IMG/VR virus record: IMGVR_UViG_3300025838_000116
Location: 1-25,828 of that record
Length of the DNA: 25,828 nt
Strand: one strand, 5' to 3'
DNA from: a virus
Lineage: Duplodnaviria; Caudoviricetes
Shown: positions 15,650-24,017 of the stretch, one piece after another
Numbering within the stretch: the stretch's first letter is position 1
Layout of the letters: every line of letters starts with the position of its first letter
Notes under the pieces: model-generated
Seen by the model: only the letters and a program-made list of their open reading frames with translations
The model's database searches: none
Told to the model about the DNA's origin: nothing
Position numbers and translations under genes: made by a program

Positions 15650-16711
15650 ATGGTAAACGCAGTCAGAAACTTAACAAGAATGGGCGCAGATGTGCGTCAG
15701 ATTGCCAAGCTATTACAAGCAAAAGCTCCTTTTGGGCACAAACTTGCCTACATCAATGATGAGGAAGCTAAACTTCTAAAGAAGAGGGGTGGCTCTGGAC
15801 GCATCACTAAAGAAGGTATTCCGTCTTATGAAGATGGAACAGAGGGAGAGCCGTATTTGACTGGTGGTGCAGGTCCAGGTCCTGCAACAGAAACTGCTCC
15901 CGCACCTTCACAACCAATTACAAGCGATTTCTCTGGTGGTGGTAACGAGCCATATTCCACTGCTGGTGCTGGACCGTCTGTGTCTAGTCAGCCAGATTTA
16001 AGCCCTCTGCAACCACAAACAATTACCCCTCAACCTAGCATACCCAATATAGATGTGGGACTGGCTAATCAAGGGGCACAGTCATTTGCTGATACTGAAG
16101 TTAATCCAACAGACGCAAGACTGGCTGCGGGTACGCAAGTAAGTCCTTTGGAAAGTGCACCGCCAACACCAAAAGCACCTCCTCCTCCTCCTGAAGCACC
16201 AATGTCTGACAGAACAAAAGCAGCGTTAGGCATAGGTGGATTACAAGCTATTTTAGGCGCACAACAGATTAAGAAAGCACAAGCTGGAGCTAACGCACCT
16301 TCTGCTGCACTGGCTGCCCTTGGAGCACCTCAACAACAACTTGGCGCACAAGAAATGGCTCAAGCTCAAAGAGGTGAGTTGACTGCGGGTAACCAGGCAG
16401 CAATACAAGCTGCCAGAGCACAGTTAGGGCAAGGTATTGCCAACAGGGGTGGTGTTGGTGTGGCACAAGCGGTTAATCAAATAACGTCATTGACCAACCA
16501 GGCGTTGCAACAACAATACTCACAAGGCTCTAAAGACTTAGCTGCGGGTAATCAATACGCTGCTTCTGCAATACAACTAGGCGTACAACAAGACCAATAT
16601 ATACAGAGTATGACTGCCAATTATGTTGCTAATTTAGCTAGAACTGTGGCTAGTTTGTACGGTGCAACTCCGCAAACAAATGAAACTAAACCTAACGTAC
16701 CCGCACCATAA
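15650..16711 (+). CDS. Probable internal virion/ejection protein
   Basis: 353 aa; N-terminal 'HKLAYINDEEAKLLKKRGGSG', Pro-rich linker, Gln/Ala-rich helical C-terminus resembling pilot proteins. Confidence 0.6.
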   Translation: MVNAVRNLTRMGADVRQIAKLLQAKAPFGHKLAYINDEEAKLLKKRGGSGRITKEGIPSYEDGTEGEPYLTGGAGPGPATETAPAPSQPITSDFSGGGNEPYSTAGAGPSVSSQPDLSPLQPQTITPQPSIPNIDVGLANQGAQSFADTEVNPTDARLAAGTQVSPLESAPPTPKAPPPPPEAPMSDRTKAALGIGGLQAILGAQQIKKAQAGANAPSAALAALGAPQQQLGAQEMAQAQRGELTAGNQAAIQAARAQLGQGIANRGGVGVAQAVNQITSLTNQALQQQYSQGSKDLAAGNQYAASAIQLGVQQDQYIQSMTANYVANLARTVASLYGATPQTNETKPNVPAP

Positions 16712-16722
16712 GGAGAAAAATA

Positions 16723-18102
16723 ATGGGAACACTAACAAAATCTTTGGGTACAGATGTAAATTCTCCTGTGTCTGCTGTAGCTCCATCTTCTAAGTTCTTT
16801 CAAGAAGAACTGATGCCTTCTATGCAGCAAATGCAAACAGCTTTAGGTGTAGAAGAAAAGTTTAAAAAAGAAAAAAGTGTGCAAGAAGCGCAACAACAAG
16901 CAGACATTTTGGGAAAAGATGTAATGCTGGCAGAAGAAGAAAACAAAAAACTTAGAGAAGACCCTACCAGGGCTAAATACCAAGCTGCTATAAGCCAAAA
17001 AGAAAGTGCAGCTTATATACCAGACCAAGAAAACCCTGAACGTTTAGCAACCATTTTGGCGTTGACAAACCTTATGGGAGTAGCCATAGGTCGTGGTGGA
17101 AAAGCAAATGCACAGACTGCTTTGGCTGCACAAAACGGAATGTTAGAAGGTTACCAAAAAGGTCGTGCAGACATTATCAAGCAACAAAAAGACATATTTG
17201 ATGAGACTCAAAAGAAACTAGATAAAACCATAGATGATTTGCACAGGGGTATGCAAGACGCTGCTATTTTGTACGCTAAAGATAAAGAAGCTGGTCATCA
17301 AAAAGCTATGTTAACTATGGCTGCAAACCAAGCTAGTTTTATGAAAGATTTTTATGACAAAAATGGCATGGGTCAAACTTATGAAATGTCAAAACAAATC
17401 TATGAGATGAAAAATAAGAAATATGAGGAAATGAAAAAAGAAGAAGCTAAAAATACCATCACTCCTTATCAACAAAAAAAGTTAAATCTAGAAGAAAGAG
17501 CGCTTAAGATTAAAGAAGAAAAGGCAACTGGTGGAGGCGTAGGTGCTTTACCTAAAGATGCTAAAACCAAAGACGAATATAGAGCTAGATACGAAGTAAT
17601 TAAAAATATTGAAGATTTAGAGTCGTTATTAAAAGACCCTAAATACTCAAAATTTATTACGCCTTTGACCAAGTTTACACCAGATATAATTGCTAACTTG
17701 CAACAAAACTTCCCAGAGTTGCAATCTAAATTAGCAAGAATTCAAGCTCAAGAGTTTTTGATTGGTGGTAAAGCCTTGACCGCTGGTGAACAAAAAATAT
17801 TAGAACCTATTTACGGATGGAGAGGTTTAACTGCGGATTCTTTGAGACAGCGTTTGAATGAAACCAAACGTTCAATTCAAACAACTCAGGCTTTAAATGA
17901 AGAAATCTATCCTGGTTTTAAAGACTTACGACCAAAATTAAATGCTGCTTATGAAAGCATCGGAAAAATCCCAACAATTCCTCAAAGAAACATAGACCAA
18001 GTTACCTACGAAAAAAATCAAATTATTAAAATGGGAGATAAGTCTTACCGTGTTATTGATGATTCTGACCCAACTGACCCTGAACTTGAGGAAGTCAAAT
18101 GA
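16723..18102 (+). CDS. Probable internal virion/ejection protein
   Basis: 459 aa, helical, K/E/Q-rich; TAAGGAG SD; position. Confidence 0.6.
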   Translation: MGTLTKSLGTDVNSPVSAVAPSSKFFQEELMPSMQQMQTALGVEEKFKKEKSVQEAQQQADILGKDVMLAEEENKKLREDPTRAKYQAAISQKESAAYIPDQENPERLATILALTNLMGVAIGRGGKANAQTALAAQNGMLEGYQKGRADIIKQQKDIFDETQKKLDKTIDDLHRGMQDAAILYAKDKEAGHQKAMLTMAANQASFMKDFYDKNGMGQTYEMSKQIYEMKNKKYEEMKKEEAKNTITPYQQKKLNLEERALKIKEEKATGGGVGALPKDAKTKDEYRARYEVIKNIEDLESLLKDPKYSKFITPLTKFTPDIIANLQQNFPELQSKLARIQAQEFLIGGKALTAGEQKILEPIYGWRGLTADSLRQRLNETKRSIQTTQALNEEIYPGFKDLRPKLNAAYESIGKIPTIPQRNIDQVTYEKNQIIKMGDKSYRVIDDSDPTDPELEEVK

Positions 18103-19592
18103 AATTATCAGAATTAACCAGCGGGGAAGAACAAACTACGGCTGAAACCCCCAAACGACTAAAACTATCAGACATTAAGAAAACTTCTCCAGAAGAATCT
18201 AGTTTAGGGGGTGGATTAAAAGCTGCAGGTAAGTCGGCAGTTGAGGCTGTACCTGGTGCGCTTGGTGGATGGGCTGGAGCAGAATTAGGGGCAGGTCTTG
18301 GATTAATGACAGGTCCTGCTGCGCCTGTCGCCTCTCCTTTGTTAGCTATTGGAGGTGGACTTGCGGGATATATGCAAGGCGAAAAAGCTGCTGAAGGTCT
18401 TGGTAAATTAATTCCTGAAAGCGTAAAAAAAGCAACAGGTTTTGCGCCAGAAACAAGAGTAAAAGAACAAGCAGAATATCCTATTTCATCTATATTAGGT
18501 ACAACAATTCCAGATATTACAGCAATTGTTCGTGGTGGTTATAAAGCATCAAAGCCTGGTGTTAAAGCGTTGACTTCTCCTGAAGCGGTTGGTCAAGTTA
18601 GTGATTTTCAACAGCTGGGTGAAAGAGTTGAAAAAGCATTAACAGGACCTAAAAAAGCCGTTATTGAAGCTAGAAAGAAAGAAGCTACACAACTATATAA
18701 CCAAGCAAAAGACACGGCTAGAAAAGTTCAAACTGCTGGTCAACCTTTTGCGGAATCTCCACAAGGAATAGCTTTAGCAAGAGACTTAGAAAATTCAAAA
18801 TACTTTACAGACTCTCAAGGAAATAAATTTTTAAAAAGTCAAAAAGAAATAGATGCCATTGATGACGTTCTTTCTGTTTTAAAGCCTAAAGTATCAGGAG
18901 GTCAAGTTTCTCCTCTTGGAGCTGGTGTGGTTTCTCAAAGAGTTACAAAAAAAACTCCAACGGTTCAAACACAAAAAGACATAGATGCTTTTATTGATGA
19001 ACTTCGGTCTATTCGTGATGCCAACAAGCCTGGTCAACCTGTTACCAATTACGCTGGACTTACTAGGGAATACAGAAAAAATCTTATAGATAAGATTGAA
19101 CGTCATTTATATGATTGGGATAAAGATTACGAAAAAGCAGACCAGGCATATAAAGCAGCATCTCAGAAGTTAGCTCCATTTGAAACAGATTTAATGAGAA
19201 GAATTCTTAGAGAAGAAAAATACACTCCAGGAGAAATTGCCAGAGATACAGAAGCGTTTGCAAAAGAGTTTTTCAGTAGTTCAGACAAAGTAAAAGAACT
19301 AAAGTTTGCCACTGGTGACCCAAAATTTGTTTCTGATTTGGGTAAAGATTTTGCAGCAACAAAGTTAGACGGAATGACTCCTGCTAGAGTAAAAGAATTT
19401 GCATTTGCTCCTGAAAATCAAGGATGGATGACGGAAGCGGGAATAAAAGACGTTGTTCAAAAATACGCCCAAGAAGCGACAAAAGTTGAGTCAAGAAAAA
19501 ATATGTTGAAATATTTTGGTATTGGAGCAGCTGGTTCTGCTATTGGTTTTCCATTAGCAAGAAGTATTCTTGGTGGATTTCAAAATTTATAG
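18099..19592 (+). CDS. Probable internal virion/DNA transfer protein
   Basis: 497 aa; ATGA overlap; glycine-zipper-like segment GALGGWAGAELGAGLG...GGGLAG and hydrophobic C-terminus. Confidence 0.6.
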   Translation: MKLSELTSGEEQTTAETPKRLKLSDIKKTSPEESSLGGGLKAAGKSAVEAVPGALGGWAGAELGAGLGLMTGPAAPVASPLLAIGGGLAGYMQGEKAAEGLGKLIPESVKKATGFAPETRVKEQAEYPISSILGTTIPDITAIVRGGYKASKPGVKALTSPEAVGQVSDFQQLGERVEKALTGPKKAVIEARKKEATQLYNQAKDTARKVQTAGQPFAESPQGIALARDLENSKYFTDSQGNKFLKSQKEIDAIDDVLSVLKPKVSGGQVSPLGAGVVSQRVTKKTPTVQTQKDIDAFIDELRSIRDANKPGQPVTNYAGLTREYRKNLIDKIERHLYDWDKDYEKADQAYKAASQKLAPFETDLMRRILREEKYTPGEIARDTEAFAKEFFSSSDKVKELKFATGDPKFVSDLGKDFAATKLDGMTPARVKEFAFAPENQGWMTEAGIKDVVQKYAQEATKVESRKNMLKYFGIGAAGSAIGFPLARSILGGFQNL

Positions 19593-19601
19593 GAGTTAAT
19601 C

Positions 19602-19763
19602 ATGCCACTCAGAAAAGGAAAATCTCGTGAAGTCATTTCAGAAAACATTAGCAAGCTCACAAAAGAGGGTGGTCGCCCCCGCAAACAAATTATTGCTATC
19701 GCTTTGTCAACGGCTCGTAAGCCCAAAAAATCAGCTAAACGAAAAAGCAAAAGAAGCCGTTAA
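19602..19763 (+). CDS. Small very basic protein (53 aa), absent from the ORF track
   Basis: AGGAG SD; MPLRKGKSREVISENISKLTKEGGRPRKQIIAIALSTARKPKKSAKRKSKRSR; the KQxIAIALS motif recalls DUF6496-like phage proteins (from memory). Confidence 0.85.
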   Translation: MPLRKGKSREVISENISKLTKEGGRPRKQIIAIALSTARKPKKSAKRKSKRSR

Positions 19764-19778
19764 GCTAGGTTTTAAATT

Positions 19779-20003
19779 ATGAGCAAAAAAAGTAAAGACA
19801 AAGGTATAAACCCAGAGCTTGAGAAAGCCATCTCTGAGTTGCTCAGGGCTACCATGATTGACCCTACCGCATCACTGACAGACAAGACAAAGATACTGGA
19901 CCGTGCGCTCAAGCTAGAGGCTTTGAAAGCAAAGCTATCGGATGACGAGTACGGCTCAGGGTTTTTTAACCACGATGACGAGGAAGAAGATAAGGATATA
20001 TGA
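19779..20003 (+). CDS. Hypothetical protein
   Basis: 74 aa, helical, acidic C-terminus. Confidence 0.7.
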   Translation: MSKKSKDKGINPELEKAISELLRATMIDPTASLTDKTKILDRALKLEALKAKLSDDEYGSGFFNHDDEEEDKDI

Positions 20004-20032
20004 TAATATGATTACCTTTAACGGGAGAAATC

Positions 20033-20257
20033 ATGGATTCAGTAACTTTAATACGTCTAGCCTTAGAGGTCATCTCAGACCGATTGATAACGATATTGGC
20101 GTTGTCGATGAGTTGCGGTCTGGCTTGCTACACAATGTGGGCAGGGGATTGGACAAGAGTCGCAACTTTGAGTATATTTGTGTTATTCAGTTACTTGATA
20201 GTAACCAACAAGGAGAGAAATAATGCCAAGCAGCAACAGAAAGAATCAGTGGATTAA
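20033..20257 (+). CDS. Small membrane protein with two TM helices
   Basis: 74 aa; GGGAG SD; LITILALSMSCGLACYTMW and VATLSIFVLFSYLIV. Confidence 0.75.
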   Translation: MDSVTLIRLALEVISDRLITILALSMSCGLACYTMWAGDWTRVATLSIFVLFSYLIVTNKERNNAKQQQKESVD

Positions 20258-20501
20258 CAAAGACGGTTATGAGAATCAGCACATGGCTAATTCTCAAGTT
20301 CAAAGACCACACGAGGTTAACCAACAAATAGCCAAGTCAATTCGTCCACAGTTGCCCAGAGATGGTTCTGTTGACATGGCTAGATGGACTCCTGGCACTC
20401 TGCCAAAAGGAGGTTTTCGTTCTGTAATTGATTTCTCTGGCACACCCAGTTATGACACTAAAAAAAGCCCAACTGAAGGTTCAGGCAAGAAGGTGTACTA
20501 A
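20223..20501 (+). CDS. Hypothetical basic protein
   Basis: 92 aa; AAGGAG SD; TAATG coupling to the next gene. Confidence 0.7.
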   Translation: MPSSNRKNQWINKDGYENQHMANSQVQRPHEVNQQIAKSIRPQLPRDGSVDMARWTPGTLPKGGFRSVIDFSGTPSYDTKKSPTEGSGKKVY

Positions 20502-20851
20502 TGGCTAATAATATTCCTTTTCAGCCCATGGGTCCGACCGTAAAGGTTTCGGTCACAGGCGCTGCCAACACACAATCTAACGTATTTACCATCACGGCTA
20601 CCAGTCCTTGCCAACAGTATTATTTGGCAAACTCTGATACCAGTGCTGCGGTATATGTACAGATAAATGCGTCTAATTCTTTCAATGTTTCTTTGCCAGA
20701 CACAGGACCTTCTAACGTTATTTCGTTGCCTCCTTACTCTTACAAAGTTGTAACTTGGCTACAGGTTGGTCCTACTGCTAACGTTTATGCGAAAGTAATT
20801 GGAGACGCAGCTAACGCATCTGTTTACGTTTGTCCTGGCGAGGGGTTCTAA
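20501..20851 (+). CDS. Small beta-rich protein (paralog of 10475-10810)
   Basis: 116 aa; PFQPMGPTV...QYYLAN...VYVCPGEG. Confidence 0.75.
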   Translation: MANNIPFQPMGPTVKVSVTGAANTQSNVFTITATSPCQQYYLANSDTSAAVYVQINASNSFNVSLPDTGPSNVISLPPYSYKVVTWLQVGPTANVYAKVIGDAANASVYVCPGEGF

Positions 20852-21252
20852 TGTTCCCACTAGAAGCTGTACTCGGACTGGCAACATCTTTGATTGACAG
20901 AATCTTTCCTGACCCTGCTCAGAAAGCCTCTGCTCAGTTGGAGTTGCTAAAGCTACAGCAGTCTGGTGAGCTTGCACAGATTACAGGTCAGCTTGACATC
21001 AACAAGATTGAAGCTGCAAACGTTAATTTGTTTGTATCAGGCTGGAGACCAGCTATCGGTTGGGTATGTGCTCTAGCACTGGCATATCAGTATTTGGTTA
21101 GACCCCTAGCAGGTACTATTGCTACGATGGCTGGACATACTTTGCCACCTTTGCCAGGCTTGGATGACAACCTCTGGCAATTGATGATGGGTATGCTTGG
21201 CATGGGTGGACTTAGAACATTTGAAAAGGTGCAAGGAGTAGCAGCTAAATGA
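20851..21252 (+). CDS. Holin (3TM / GTA-holin-like)
   Basis: Start at ATG 20851 (TAATG); signature 'NKIEAA..LFVSGWRPAIGWVC' and 'GMLGMGGLRTFEK'; directly upstream of the endolysin. Confidence 0.85.
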   Translation: MFPLEAVLGLATSLIDRIFPDPAQKASAQLELLKLQQSGELAQITGQLDINKIEAANVNLFVSGWRPAIGWVCALALAYQYLVRPLAGTIATMAGHTLPPLPGLDDNLWQLMMGMLGMGGLRTFEKVQGVAAK

Positions 21253-21668
21253 TAAATAGCAGGGACATCAATGAGTTACTACCAGAAGTTAAATCAAGGG
21301 TTGAACACTTTATTGCTCTGTGTCAAGACAACAACATTGACCTGCTTATTACATCTACATATCGTGACATTGAAAGCCAGGATGCTTTGTATGCCCAGGG
21401 AAGGACAACCAAAGGTCACGTTGTCACCAATGCAAAAGGCGGTGAGTCTTATCATAATTACCGCTGCGCTATTGATGTTGTGCCTATTGTAGGAGGTAAG
21501 CCAGACTGGGATACAAGTCATCCCGTGTGGGAATCTGTGGCTATGCTAGGTAAACAGGCAGGACTAGAGTGGGCGGGAGATTGGAAAACATTTAAAGAGA
21601 TGGCACACTTTCAGTTTACGCAAGGACTAACTATTGCACAACTTAAAGAAGGGGTGAGCTTTGCCTAA
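21249..21668 (+). CDS. Endolysin, peptidase M15 family (L-Ala-D-Glu peptidase-like)
   Basis: TYR..QDALYAQGRT..VTNAKGGESYHNYRCAIDV...GLEWAGDWKTFKEMAHFQ, giving the SxH..D and ExxH zinc motifs. Confidence 0.92.
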   Translation: MINSRDINELLPEVKSRVEHFIALCQDNNIDLLITSTYRDIESQDALYAQGRTTKGHVVTNAKGGESYHNYRCAIDVVPIVGGKPDWDTSHPVWESVAMLGKQAGLEWAGDWKTFKEMAHFQFTQGLTIAQLKEGVSFA

Positions 21669-21903
21669 ATCAACTAATCTATCGGAAGGAAGAGGGGAGA
21701 AATTACCTGCATCAAAAGGGGCAGGACTAACAGCCAAGGGACGGGCAAAATATAACAGAGCAACAGGGAGCAAGTTAAAAGCACCCCAGAAATCAGGTTC
21801 AAGACATAATTCATTTTGTGCAAGAATGAAGGGTGTGGTTAGAAAAGCTAAAGGTCCAGCAACAAGGGCTAGGGCATCACTTAAAAGGTGGAACTGTAGA
21901 TGA
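21661..21903 (+). CDS. Basic hypothetical phage protein (DUF6321-like, from memory)
   Basis: TTG start after GGGGTG; GAGLTAKGRAKYNRATGSKLKAP...SFCARMKG...SLKRWNC. Confidence 0.8.
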   Translation: MPKSTNLSEGRGEKLPASKGAGLTAKGRAKYNRATGSKLKAPQKSGSRHNSFCARMKGVVRKAKGPATRARASLKRWNCR

Positions 21904-22043
21904 AAACTCCCAAAGCTAAACGTGGTTTGTACTACAACATTAACCAAAGACGTAAAAAGGGATTACTTGCTAAACGTCCTGGTCAAGCAGGTTACCCAAC
22001 TGCGATGGCATTTAAAAGAGCTGCACGGACTGCCAAGAGATAA
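21900..22043 (+). CDS. Small very basic protein (47 aa), absent from the ORF track
   Basis: ATGA overlap; AGGTGGA upstream; MKTPKAKRGLYYNINQRRKKGLLAKRPGQAGYPTAMAFKRAARTAKR. Confidence 0.8.
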   Translation: MKTPKAKRGLYYNINQRRKKGLLAKRPGQAGYPTAMAFKRAARTAKR

Positions 22044-22081
22044 TCTCAAAACGGATTTAGCGTCCCCGCCACCAGAAAAAA

Positions 22082-22801
22082 TCAGTTTTCCCCAATATAG
22101 TCAGCTACTGCGGTCATGATATTAGGTATATCTCCAACTGTGCAAGCCAGTACGTCAAAGTAATAGATAGTCTTGTGACCCCTATTTTGCATTCTTGCTT
22201 GATATTGCATTAACTCCTTAATAGTGCCAATACTGGTGGTTCTCATAACAAACTCACCAAAATTGTCAAACAAGAAAAAATAGGTATATTGCTCATCTAC
22301 CATCTGTTCCAACATTCGTTCGTATTCAACGTGTTGCACTGGATTTCTAAAGTCCATCTCAAAGAACAGTGGTGGCTTGACATGCCAATCCCAGCCGTTG
22401 AACACATCCCAGTCCATGCCGTCAACATCTACTTTTATCAAGCCTATGTGTGTGCGATGAAATTCATTCACAATCAAAGATAAACTTCGTGCCTGAGTTA
22501 CTTTCTCATTTACTAAAACAACGTCACAAGCATAACGCTCCCTGACCAACTGGGCATTCTCTTTTAGCGTCAAATAAGTGCCGTTATCAGCTTCTATGCA
22601 CACAAAATTTAATTTGTGGTTAGCACCTGCCATAGATGCCATAAGCGCACCTACATTTGCACCTACGTCTATAACGCCCCCTTCCAGATACTTAGCCAAG
22701 TGTGGCAAGAATTTGTCGTATAAAGGATACATTATTTGATATTTTTCTAGAGTATGGTTGTGACCCATCTCTATTTGTAAATCATTGATTTTGTATTTCA
22801 T
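22082..22801 (-). CDS. FkbM-family SAM-dependent methyltransferase
   Basis: VIDVGANVG motif I, FVCIEAD, IGLIKVDVDGMD, PLFFEMD. Confidence 0.85.
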   Translation of the reverse strand: MKYKINDLQIEMGHNHTLEKYQIMYPLYDKFLPHLAKYLEGGVIDVGANVGALMASMAGANHKLNFVCIEADNGTYLTLKENAQLVRERYACDVVLVNEKVTQARSLSLIVNEFHRTHIGLIKVDVDGMDWDVFNGWDWHVKPPLFFEMDFRNPVQHVEYERMLEQMVDEQYTYFFLFDNFGEFVMRTTSIGTIKELMQYQARMQNRGHKTIYYFDVLACTVGDIPNIMTAVADYIGEN

Positions 22802-23004
22802 TCTTGTCCCCTTGTTCTGATTTTGAATGCCATAGCTTTTATATGCTCATCAGTAACGATGTTGTCGTAAACATAATCACACATCTTTGCACACTCCTCA
22901 CGTTCTTTAGCTGCTACTAGCTTGGCAAATTTAATTATTGAATCATCAGAAGCAAGATACAAATCTGCTTTTTCAGCTAATAAAAATATTTCTTCTTTAG
23001 TCAT
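22798..23004 (-). CDS. Hypothetical phage protein
   Basis: 68 aa; 'FAKLVAAKEREECAKMC...IRTRG' pattern common in small phage proteins; ATGA overlaps at both ends. Confidence 0.8.
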   Translation of the reverse strand: MTKEEIFLLAEKADLYLASDDSIIKFAKLVAAKEREECAKMCDYVYDNIVTDEHIKAMAFKIRTRGQE

Positions 23005-23750
23005 GGTGCTGGTAGTAAACCACCCTCGAATAAGTAATTACCAAAGTGACCCAGTTGTACCCAAGGTGCTGCCCAGACTTTTAAACCTGCTTCTCTTGCT
23101 TTGTGGCAAAAGTAATAATCCTCAGACAACAATCTCTCCGTGCCTGGCTCTATGGCACAAGCAAAATACTCTGTGATGCGGTCAGACGCTATACCACCAT
23201 GCAGGAATGTAATATCGTTGTTGTAAGTAGGAACGTGTTGTTTAAGTGTCTCAAAAGTCTCACGCTTAATTAACATAAAACCTGTGCCACCGTTGAATAT
23301 CTCAACTGGTTGGTTGGCAGGTACTGTAACAGTACCAGAATAGTCTTTTAAATTGATTACAAGGCTTGCAGTGCGGTGTTTAAGACCTTCGACAGGTACA
23401 CCATCCTTAACGGCTTTATCGACCTCTGTCCAGTTTATTTCCTTCTTAGGATAGATACCGCAGATGATGTCTTTGTCTGCCTCCAACATAGGAATAATGT
23501 CAGGAGAGTTGAACTTGATGTCTGCGTCAATAAACATCAGGTGAGTACATTCTTTTCTAGCCATAAAGTTATGTGCTAGTGCGTTCCTACCACGCTGAAT
23601 AAGTGACTCGTTAAACATAGCACTGTATGCCATATCGTAACCAGCATTGTTAAGAGTTGGACCAAGTGTCAACAAACTCTGTGCGTAGAACCCTGTACAA
23701 ACTCCACCGTACATAGGTGTAGCCACAAATATGTTACCTTTTTTATTCAT
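23001..23750 (-). CDS. GT-A fold (GT2-like) glycosyltransferase
   Basis: IFVATPMYGG, ESLIQRGRN, HLMFIDADI (DxD), GTGFMLIKR, LSEDYYFC, LGHFG; start at 23750 (AAGGA SD) or 23756. Confidence 0.78.
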   Translation of the reverse strand: MNKKGNIFVATPMYGGVCTGFYAQSLLTLGPTLNNAGYDMAYSAMFNESLIQRGRNALAHNFMARKECTHLMFIDADIKFNSPDIIPMLEADKDIICGIYPKKEINWTEVDKAVKDGVPVEGLKHRTASLVINLKDYSGTVTVPANQPVEIFNGGTGFMLIKRETFETLKQHVPTYNNDITFLHGGIASDRITEYFACAIEPGTERLLSEDYYFCHKAREAGLKVWAAPWVQLGHFGNYLFEGGLLPAP

Positions 23751-23760
23751 AATCATCCTT

Positions 23761-23824
23761 TAAAGTTAAGAAATTGACAGACTGTGGAATTACAGGTGGT
23801 CTGTCAGCACCTGTCCTAACTTCA
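23761..23824 (-). promoter_or_regulatory. H-type pseudoknot enclosed by a closing helix, in the glycosyltransferase leader
   Basis: Minus strand: UGAAGUUAGG-ACAGGUG-C-UGACAGAC-CACCUGU-AAUUCCACA-GUCUGUCA-AUUU-CUUAACUUUA, followed directly by the AAGGA SD. Confidence 0.65.
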
Positions 23825-23873
23825 GACTTTGCGTCTGTAGCAAGCTCCCACTGCTGTTTTTTTAATACTTTTT

Positions 23874-23934
23874 GGTGTCCCTTTTTTGGGTGTACTCCCA
23901 AATTTTGGGGGGGGACACCTTCTGGGGGACACCT
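23874..23934. repeat. Cluster of GGGACACC repeats
   Basis: GGGGGACACCT at 23910-20 and 23924-34; inverted GGTGTCCC at 23874-81; variant GGGTGTAC at 23888-95. Confidence 0.7.
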
Positions 23935-23941
23935 AAAAATA

Positions 23942-24017
23942 TGGTGGGACGTGCGGGGGTCGAACCCACGACAAACGGATTAAAAGTCCGCTGCTCTACC
24001 AACTGAGCTAACGTCCC
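23942..24017 (-). tRNA. tRNA-Lys (anticodon UUU), CCA encoded
   Basis: GGGACGTTAGCTCAGTTGGTAGAGCAGCGGACTTTTAATCCGTTTGTCGTGGGTTCGACCCCCGCACGTCCCACCA, a 76-nt cloverleaf. Confidence 0.97.

Noticed and set aside
22044-22081. Expected bidirectional terminator at the convergence point
   Set aside because: No convincing GC-rich hairpin with a U-tract is visible.
21922-22119. 65-aa + strand ORF
   Set aside because: The alternative frame 21900-22043 has ATGA coupling, an SD and a coherent basic sequence.
23761-23941. tRNA-associated HDV-like (theta) ribozyme or c-di-GMP-I riboswitch (GACGCAAAG)
   Set aside because: I could not fit the HDV nested double-pseudoknot topology at the tRNA 3' end; GACGCAAAG sits in a simple hairpin without the GEMM P1/P2 context.
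23774-23983. 69-aa + strand ORF
   Set aside because: Antisense to the tRNA and the structured leader; TTG start with no SD.
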